A stretch of DNA of 64,000 bases from assembly GCA_035490495.1 (NCBI GenBank), contig DATHDE010000085.1:1885-65884 (forward strand), given 5' to 3'. Origin of the DNA: Nitrospirota bacterium (lineage in GTDB: Bacteria > Nitrospirota > UBA9217). The notes beneath the pieces were generated by a model, which saw only the letters and a program-made list of their open reading frames with translations, was not told where the DNA came from and made no database searches. The translations under genes and the position numbers were made by a program. Positions 57,258-64,000 of the stretch are shown here, in pieces (position 1 is the first letter of the stretch; each line of letters opens with the position of its first letter).

Positions 57258-59744
57258 TTACCTCAGCGCAGACTTGGCGTGCCATATCTTGTCGCAGTAC
57301 TCGCGGATCGAGCGGTCCGAGGAGAACTTGCCCATGCGAGCCGAGTTCAGGATCGACATTTCAGTCCATCGCCTCTGGTCACGGTACGCATCGGACACCC
57401 GCTCCTGGCTGTCGATATAGGATGCGTAGTCAGCCAGCACGAGGTACTCATCACTCCGCAGAAGCGAATCGAGCAGGGGCTTGAAAAGGGTCTTGTCCCC
57501 GCCTGAAAAAAGTCCCGCTGCGATGGCGTCGATCGCCTCCTTCAGCTCGGAATTCGATCTATAACTGGTGAGCGGATTGCAGCCGCAGGATTTGAGGCTT
57601 TCGACTTCTTCTGTCATAAGACCGAAGAGGAAGAAGTTCTCATCCCCGACTTCCTTCCAGATTTCGACATTCGCGCCGTCCCAGGTGCCGATCGTGACGG
57701 CGCCATTCATAGAAAACTTCATGTTCCCGGTGCCCGACGCCTCCTTGCCTGCAAGCGAGATTTGTTCCGACAGGTCGGCAGCGGGGTAGATTATTTGCGC
57801 GTTCATCACATTGAAATCGGGGAAGAAGACCACCTTGAGGCGGTCCTTGACAAGAGGATCGTTGTTCACAACGTCCGCCACGGATGTGATCAGCTTGATG
57901 ATGAGCTTGGCCATAGCGTAGCCCGGTGCTGCCTTGCCCCCGAAGATCACGGTTCGCGGCACCATATCCACGTCGGGGCTGTTCCTGATGCGGTTATACA
58001 GGGTGATGACATGCAGGATGTTCAAGTGCTGCCGCTTGTATTCATGAATGCGCTTGACCTGGACGTCAAAAAGCGACAAGGGATCGATGATAACACCCGT
58101 CCGCTCCTTAATCACATCTGCGAGGATTTCCTTGTTATGATGCTTGACGCGCTGCCACTCGCTTTGGAATGCAGGATCTCGTGCAAACGGCACCAGTTTC
58201 CTCAGCTCTTTTTCAAGGTTGCGTACCCAGCCCTCCCCAATCCGGCTTGTAATGAGCTGCGCAAGCCCGGGATTGCTCCGGGCGATCCAGCGCCGGGGGG
58301 TTACGCCGTTTGTCACGTTGAAAAACCGCCCGGGATACATCTCAAAAAAATCGCGCAGCACGGTCCGTTTCAGCAGCGTTGTATGCAGTGCAGCAACGCC
58401 GTTGATGGCATGGCAGCCGACGCTGGCGAGGTGAGCCATACGCACGAACTTGTCGCCCTGTTCGTCAATAAGCGAAAGGCGAATGATGCGGTTCTCGTCG
58501 TTCGGGAATTTCCGCCGCACATCATCGAGGAACCTGCCGTTGATTTCATAGATGATCTCGAGGTGCCTCGGCAGAAGGGCGGCGAAAAGCGGAAGCGGCC
58601 ATTTTTCGAGCGCTTCCGGAAGAAGGGTATGGTTCGTGTACGCGAGCGAGGCCTGCGTGATGCGCCATGCGGTGTCCCAATCAAGGAGATGTTCGTCCAC
58701 GAAGAGCCGCATCAGCTCGGCAACCGCGATCGACGGATGGGTGTCGTTCAGCTGAATGGCAAAACTGTCATGGAAATTTTCGAGGGTTTCGTTGCCCCTG
58801 AGGAAGTGCAGGCGGATCATGTCCTGGAGCGAACAGGACACAAAGAAGTATTGCTGCGCCAGGCGGAGCCGCTTGCCTACCAGCGGTTCGTCGTTGGGGT
58901 AGAGGACCTTGCTGATGGTTTCAGAGAAGACCTTCTCATCCACCGCTTTGTAATAGTCGCCCACATTGAAAGCCTGAAAATCGAAGGACTCGATGGCCTC
59001 TGATTTCCAGAGCCGCAGGATGTCCGTCATGCCGGCATGGTATCCGGCAACGGGAGTGTCGTACGCAACCCCCTTGATCACCCGGTCAGGAACCCACCGT
59101 ACCCGGAAGCGGCCCCGTTCATCGTGATAGTGTTCGGTATGACCGCCGCCTTTGACGGTGAACACGATTTCCGGCCGGCAGATTTCCCAGGGGTTGCCGA
59201 GGTTCAGCCATTTGTCTGTTTTCTCCACCTGCCAGCCGTTCCGGATTTCCTGGTCGAAGATGCCGAATTCATACCGCACTCCATAACCAATCGCGGGAAT
59301 GTGAAGCGTGGCAAGAGAATCCAGATAGCACGCTGCAAGCCTTCCCAAGCCGCCGCTCCCAAGCCCGGGCTCGGCTTCCTGCCGGAGCAGTTCGCGCAGG
59401 TTCAGTCCAAGCTCGGCAGCAGCCTGTTCCGCTTGATCCCAGATGCCGAGGGATATCATATTGTTGCCGAGATGCGGACCCATGAGAAACTCGGCAGACA
59501 GGTAGCTGACCATCTTCAGGTCCTTCCTGCCCCGGTGTATATTCGACGTGAGCCAGTTGTCGAGCATCCGGTCGCGAACCGTGAACGCGAGGGCCATGTA
59601 CCAGTCGTTCAGTGTCGCTGTCTGAGGAATTCGCGCTTGGCTGAAATAGAGATTGTCCAGGATCGACTGTTTGATGTCCGAAGTGCTGTTGCCGACACGC
59701 ACGGTTCTGCTGTTCGTGCGGTCGCGTTCCGTGTTCGGGTTCAT
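57258..59744 (-). CDS. glgP: glycogen/alpha-glucan phosphorylase
   Basis: PLP-lysine signature EASGTGNMKFSMNGA. The start is probably MNPNTERD (ATG 59744); the track begins at GTG 59852. Confidence 0.93.
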   Translation of the reverse strand: MNPNTERDRTNSRTVRVGNSTSDIKQSILDNLYFSQARIPQTATLNDWYMALAFTVRDRMLDNWLTSNIHRGRKDLKMVSYLSAEFLMGPHLGNNMISLGIWDQAEQAAAELGLNLRELLRQEAEPGLGSGGLGRLAACYLDSLATLHIPAIGYGVRYEFGIFDQEIRNGWQVEKTDKWLNLGNPWEICRPEIVFTVKGGGHTEHYHDERGRFRVRWVPDRVIKGVAYDTPVAGYHAGMTDILRLWKSEAIESFDFQAFNVGDYYKAVDEKVFSETISKVLYPNDEPLVGKRLRLAQQYFFVSCSLQDMIRLHFLRGNETLENFHDSFAIQLNDTHPSIAVAELMRLFVDEHLLDWDTAWRITQASLAYTNHTLLPEALEKWPLPLFAALLPRHLEIIYEINGRFLDDVRRKFPNDENRIIRLSLIDEQGDKFVRMAHLASVGCHAINGVAALHTTLLKRTVLRDFFEMYPGRFFNVTNGVTPRRWIARSNPGLAQLITSRIGEGWVRNLEKELRKLVPFARDPAFQSEWQRVKHHNKEILADVIKERTGVIIDPLSLFDVQVKRIHEYKRQHLNILHVITLYNRIRNSPDVDMVPRTVIFGGKAAPGYAMAKLIIKLITSVADVVNNDPLVKDRLKVVFFPDFNVMNAQIIYPAADLSEQISLAGKEASGTGNMKFSMNGAVTIGTWDGANVEIWKEVGDENFFLFGLMTEEVESLKSCGCNPLTSYRSNSELKEAIDAIAAGLFSGGDKTLFKPLLDSLLRSDEYLVLADYASYIDSQERVSDAYRDQRRWTEMSILNSARMGKFSSDRSIREYCDKIWHAKSALR

Positions 59745-60078
59745 GCGCCCCCCCTGTACTGATGGCAGACCGTTAGCGTTGGTTGTGAGCGTAGTGCGGC
59801 GTTCTGCTGAAAAAACGGAGCGTTTGACAAAATTCAGCTTGCTTCTCTCCACTTCAACTATGTCCTTTGAAGATATACCAATGAGTGAAAGGTGTCAAGA
59901 AAAGTAAGGTAGTGAGCAGTTTTATGGATTTTCATAATATTGTCACCTGTTCACAGGATGAGTCGTGGGTTCGCTTGCGATGTAAAAGGCGTTGATGTCC
60001 GATAAAAAAACGTGAAAAAATGCCCCATCTGTACTAAGATCTGACGAATAGAAAAGATACGCATGACATGTTTTTTAA

Positions 60079-60110
60079 TAAAAAAGGTCTGATGATATTT
60101 CCATCAGACC
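60079..60110 (-). terminator. Rho-independent terminator after dksA
   Basis: GGTCTGATG / CATCAGACC stem (60086-60094 / 60102-60110), followed on the minus strand by a T-run. Lies 36 nt past the dksA stop. Confidence 0.75.
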
Positions 60111-60145
60111 TGGTGATAACCGTACATCTTCTTTGCGAAGATAAC

Positions 60146-60517
60146 TTATTCAGCCTGGCGTTTTTCCTCTTCTTCCTGAGCAGTTTTGCACTCGATGCAG
60201 AGCGTCGTGACCGGCCGGGCTTCCAGGCGCTTGATGTTAATTTCGCCGCCGCAGGATTCACAAACGCCGTAGTTCCCGTTGTCGATCCGTGCAATGGCTT
60301 CATCGATTTTCTTCAGGAGCTTCTGCTCCCTGCCGCGGAGCTTCAGCAGAAAATTGTTATCCAGCTCAGCAACTGCCTGATCCGTGGGATCAGGAAAACT
60401 TTCCTTTTCCGTGCTGATCTTGCTGTTCAGCGTCTGTTCCGCTTCGGAAAGAAGCTCCTGGCGCTGCTTGAGGAGCTGCTTCCTGATAGATTGCAGTTTT
60501 GCTTCAGTTACGGGCAT
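60146..60517 (-). CDS. dksA: DksA/TraR-family zinc-finger transcription factor
   Basis: 123 aa. Coiled-coil N-terminus and C4 finger CESCGGEI...CIECK. Confidence 0.9.
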   Translation of the reverse strand: MPVTEAKLQSIRKQLLKQRQELLSEAEQTLNSKISTEKESFPDPTDQAVAELDNNFLLKLRGREQKLLKKIDEAIARIDNGNYGVCESCGGEINIKRLEARPVTTLCIECKTAQEEEEKRQAE

Positions 60518-60692
60518 GACAACCTCAGAATGCGTATTAGGAAAACGCGCTAGCTGCTACGAGAAAACGATAACGATCGCTGCGCAGTGTGTTACTATAT
60601 CAAAAAAGGTATCTTGAGTCAATCGTAAATTGGCAGTTTCCGCTGGCGGTAAAGCAGGTTGACAAACCTCAGCACGATTGATAATATTCTAC

Positions 60693-61925
60693 ATGCTGAA
60701 CGACAAGCAGAAAATCAATAAAGTCATGAAATTGGGCGTCGAGCTCACTGAAGTAAAGGATGTTGACGTACTGCTTGAACGTATTCTGCTTGAAGCGCGT
60801 CGGCTGGTGAATGCGGACGCTGGATCGATCTATATAAAGGAAGGCGACAAACTGAAATTCAGCTACACGCAAAACGACACACAGCAGAAAAAACTCGCTC
60901 CGGGCAAGAAACTGATATATTCCACCTTCTCTATCCCCATCAACAACCAGTCCATCGCAGGCTACGTCGCAAACACAGGCGAAACCCTGAACCTGCACGA
61001 TGTATATAAGCTGAAACCCGGGCTCCCCTTTTCATTTAACCGGTCCTATGACGACCTGTCTGGCTATCGGACACAGTCCATGCTTACCCTGCCGCTTAAA
61101 ACCAACCGGGGCGATACGATCGGCGTGCTGCAGCTCATCAATGGCAAGGACACCAAGGGCAAGGTCATTCCGTTCTGGAAAAAGGACGAGCCCCTCGTAC
61201 TGCACTTCGCCAATATGGCGGCTGTCGCAATCGAACGCGCCCAGATGACGCGCACCATGATCCTGCGCACGATCAGAATGGCGGAGCTGCGCGACCCCAA
61301 GGAGACGGGGTCCCATGTAAACAGGGTTGCCGCATATTCCATCGTGCTCTATGAAACATGGGCGACGAAGCAGGGGATTGTTCCGGCTGAAGTGGACAAG
61401 AATCGGGATATTCTCCGTATGGCGGCTATGCTGCACGACGTGGGCAAGGTCGCAATCGCGGATGCGATCCTGAAAAAGCCGGGCCGGCTTGACGACGCGG
61501 AACGGGTCGTCATGAAACAGCACACCGTCATGGGTGCGCGGCTTTTCGCGGACCGGTATTCCGAGTTCGATGAGGCAGCGGCGGTCGTGGCGCTGAATCA
61601 CCACGAGCGGTGGGACGGAACAGGATATCCCGGATTTGTATCGGTAATGGACGGAAAGGCGTTGGCCGGATATGTGACTGCAGACGGCTCGGCGCGGCCG
61701 AAGAAAGGTGAGGAAATTCCCCTGTTCGGCAGGGTTGTTGCTCTAGCGGACGTCTATGATGCGCTCTGCTCGCGCCGTTCCTACAAGGAAAAGTGGGAAG
61801 AGACACAGGTGCTTGAAGAGCTGAAAACGCTTTCCGGCAAACACTTCGATCCGGAATTGGTCGAAGCCTTCTTTTCCTGCGTTGACTCAATCCGCAACAT
61901 CGCGGACCGGTATCCCGACAGCTAG
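60693..61925 (+). CDS. GAF-domain HD-GYP phosphodiesterase (c-di-GMP turnover)
   Basis: GAF-like N-terminal half. HDVGKVAI and HHERWDGTGYPG motifs. ATG at 60693 (the track starts at TTG 60678). Confidence 0.85.
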   Translation: MLNDKQKINKVMKLGVELTEVKDVDVLLERILLEARRLVNADAGSIYIKEGDKLKFSYTQNDTQQKKLAPGKKLIYSTFSIPINNQSIAGYVANTGETLNLHDVYKLKPGLPFSFNRSYDDLSGYRTQSMLTLPLKTNRGDTIGVLQLINGKDTKGKVIPFWKKDEPLVLHFANMAAVAIERAQMTRTMILRTIRMAELRDPKETGSHVNRVAAYSIVLYETWATKQGIVPAEVDKNRDILRMAAMLHDVGKVAIADAILKKPGRLDDAERVVMKQHTVMGARLFADRYSEFDEAAAVVALNHHERWDGTGYPGFVSVMDGKALAGYVTADGSARPKKGEEIPLFGRVVALADVYDALCSRRSYKEKWEETQVLEELKTLSGKHFDPELVEAFFSCVDSIRNIADRYPDS

Positions 61926-62034
61926 CCTGGAGAAAACCGCAACGCCGACTCGTCTGTTCATGTTCCTGAACGGAATGAGACTTGTTCAGATTGATGGTGC
62001 ATAGGAAGGACCCTCGGCCCTCAACCAGCTGCTC

Positions 62035-62712
62035 ATGACCAGGAAGAAAGACAAGCAACAACAGGCCCCCGACTTTAAGAACAATCCCTTCAAATCGCTC
62101 AGAGGTTTTACACCGCAATCCACTGCCGGGCAGCAGAAGGCAAAACCGATCTCAAAAAGAACGCAGGATTCAGCGGAAGATGCTGGTCTGTTTATGCGCG
62201 AAACTGCAGGAGTTCGTCCGCTTCACCTTCCGGAAGAGAATGAGGCAGCCGACGCCCCGGCCGATCGAGCAAAAGAACAGCCGCGCGTTCCGCAAGCGGG
62301 CGAGGCGGACCTTTTTCTCAAGGCAATGAGAACCATCGGTGCAGTGGAAAAAACGGGAGAACGCAAAGAGGAGGAGTTCCTCGAGGAGAGCCGGCGTTCA
62401 CCGAGCAGCCGCCTGAGACAGCTCAAGCAGGGGAAGATCAGAATCAGCCAGGAACTCGATCTCCATGGCTACCTGCGGGACGAAGCAATCACAAGACTCG
62501 AACGATTCATCCGCGAATCCTTTGAGCGGGACCGGAGCGCTGTGCTTGTCATTACCGGAAAAGGACTCAATTCTCCGGAGGGACCCATCCTGCAGGGAGC
62601 CGTGTCCGAGTGGCTGCGCGGGAAGGGGAAGGGCATGGTCGCTGAGTTTTCGCCCGCACCGCGCGAAAAAGGCGGCAGCGGCGCCGTTGTGGTCTTCCTG
62701 AAAAAGAAATAA
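62035..62712 (+). CDS. Smr-domain protein
   Basis: C-terminal Smr signature (ELDLHGY...VLVITGKGLNSPEGP...). The N-terminal half is low-complexity and charged. Confidence 0.8.
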   Translation: MTRKKDKQQQAPDFKNNPFKSLRGFTPQSTAGQQKAKPISKRTQDSAEDAGLFMRETAGVRPLHLPEENEAADAPADRAKEQPRVPQAGEADLFLKAMRTIGAVEKTGERKEEEFLEESRRSPSSRLRQLKQGKIRISQELDLHGYLRDEAITRLERFIRESFERDRSAVLVITGKGLNSPEGPILQGAVSEWLRGKGKGMVAEFSPAPREKGGSGAVVVFLKKK

Positions 62713-62946
62713 ATCCCGCTCGAGCTATATTCCCAATGCGCATGCGTTAGAGAAACAGAGGTCGCACTATTCGCCGTACTGCCCGAAAGTATACATTCAT
62801 CCCAATATCAGGATTGAGTATTGATTGCTATAGACTTGGACGGCCATGTTGTTTATATTGCATTCTGCAAAGAGGCAAAATAACGATCTAATCAATCCAG
62901 AGCACCACTTCAGCCCGCTTATCAAGTGAAGAGACAAGAACAAAGA

Positions 62947-64000
62947 ATGGCCGGACAGGTTAAAATAAGTGCTGCCGGCAGAATGCGACGTCGTATCGGG
63001 GCAGCCGACCGGGATGTTGCTGTGTTGCTGCGCGAGCTCGAGATGCAAAATAAACAACTTCGGCGCTCGCTGCAAGATCTCGAGGTATTGCATGACGACT
63101 ATGTTCAACTATACGATCATGCGCCGGTCGGTTATGTAATACTCAGCAGGAAGGGCGTGATCCGCTCCCTCAACAGAGCGGCAGGCCGGTTATTAGGCAA
63201 ACCCAAAGAGAGCATAGAGCAAATGCCTTTTTCAGGCTTCGTAGCAGGCAAAGATGCAAAAAATTTCCTTCCCCATCTGAAGGAAGTCTTTGCCGGAAGA
63301 AGACAAAATGTCTGCAGGCTGTGGCTCGGCCGAAGGGGTTCATCTCCGGCGTATGTCGAGTTACACAGCATACTGCTGTCCGGGCAGAAAAACAGGGAGG
63401 CCGCATGCCTGAGCAGCCTCGTCGACATAACCGCGCGCATGCAGGCAGAGGATGCGCTTAAGGTCAGCGAGGAGCGGTTCCATTTTGCCCTGGCTGCCTC
63501 CCGCATGGGTGTCTGGGAATGGGACATCAGAACAAATGTCGTTTTCTGGTCGCAGGAGTGTTTTGACATGCTCGGTATCCGGACAAGGAAATGTACCCTT
63601 GACTCGTTCACCGATCTTCTGCATCCGGACGATGCTCCCGGCGTCATGTCCGCTGCCCGCACCGCCATTGCGAACGGACAGGGTTATCATAAGGAATTTC
63701 GCATTATCCGCCCCGACGGAAGGATGCTCTGGCTGTCAAACACGGGCAAAGCGGAATATGACAAGGCAGGAACACCCCTGCGTCTTATTGGAACTGTACA
63801 GGATATTACCGAGCGCAAGAAGCTGGAGGATGCTGTAGCGATCCGGGAAAAAAGCCTGGCTGCTTTTTTCCGGGGAGCGACCGCAGGGCTTGCACTCGTA
63901 GATAAGGATTTACGCTATATCAAAATAAATAAAACGATGGCAGATATGAATGGAGTTCCTGCCGAGGTGCATATCGGAAAAGTCGTAAAGGAAATCGTTC
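62947..64000 (+). CDS. multi-PAS-domain sensor protein, 3'-truncated by the window edge
   Basis: Not in the ORF track because no stop falls inside the window. My translation from ATG 62947 stays open to 64000 and shows repeated PAS/PAC patterns (ERFHFALAASRMGVWEWD...HPDD...FRIIRPDGRMLWL...GTVQDITERK). Confidence 0.75.
   Translation, partial: MAGQVKISAAGRMRRRIGAADRDVAVLLRELEMQNKQLRRSLQDLEVLHDDYVQLYDHAPVGYVILSRKGVIRSLNRAAGRLLGKPKESIEQMPFSGFVAGKDAKNFLPHLKEVFAGRRQNVCRLWLGRRGSSPAYVELHSILLSGQKNREAACLSSLVDITARMQAEDALKVSEERFHFALAASRMGVWEWDIRTNVVFWSQECFDMLGIRTRKCTLDSFTDLLHPDDAPGVMSAARTAIANGQGYHKEFRIIRPDGRMLWLSNTGKAEYDKAGTPLRLIGTVQDITERKKLEDAVAIREKSLAAFFRGATAGLALVDKDLRYIKINKTMADMNGVPAEVHIGKVVKEIV

Overview
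Origin-proximal 64-kb segment of a diderm, probably anaerobic bacterium; I cannot assign the lineage by eye. No CRISPR array, rRNA, transposase or integrase was seen.

Left arm (0.2-18.4 kb), all on the minus strand:
- four-subunit pyruvate/2-oxoacid:ferredoxin oxidoreductase (porGDAB)
- SRP RNA-dnaX-ybaB-recR
- a serS-linked block carrying all four tRNA-Ser isoacceptors, plus tRNA-Arg(ACG)-tadA
- gyrA, gyrB, dnaN, dnaA

The 0.6-kb AT-rich gap at 18.43-19.02 kb has two convergent DnaA boxes and is the likely oriC.

Right arm:
- Plus strand: a TusA/DsrE-like pair, orphan hisI, HIT/HD/Nudix hydrolases and rpmH-rnpA-yidD-yidC. rpmH is missing from the ORF track.
- Minus strand, 27.6-41.6 kb: J-domain protein, purL, bactofilin, parB, parA, rsmG, mnmG, mnmE.
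- Further right: pgi, two PilZ proteins, a GIY-YIG protein, mfd followed by three SurA/PrsA-like chaperones, CapA, an RlmI-like methyltransferase, tRNA-Val, glgP, dksA, a GAF-HD-GYP protein, an Smr protein and a truncated PAS sensor.

The most unusual region is the normally tight rsmG-parA junction. It is interrupted by about 3 kb holding three things: a Clp1/Grc3-like P-loop kinase flanked by two identical 16-nt palindrome-containing sites, an AT-rich orphan two-gene operon (291-aa unknown protein plus 77-aa membrane protein) with an apparently leaderless promoter, and a GC-rich structured non-coding element.

Several start codons were moved inward from the ORF-track maxima, based on RBS position, gene overlap or N-terminal homology.
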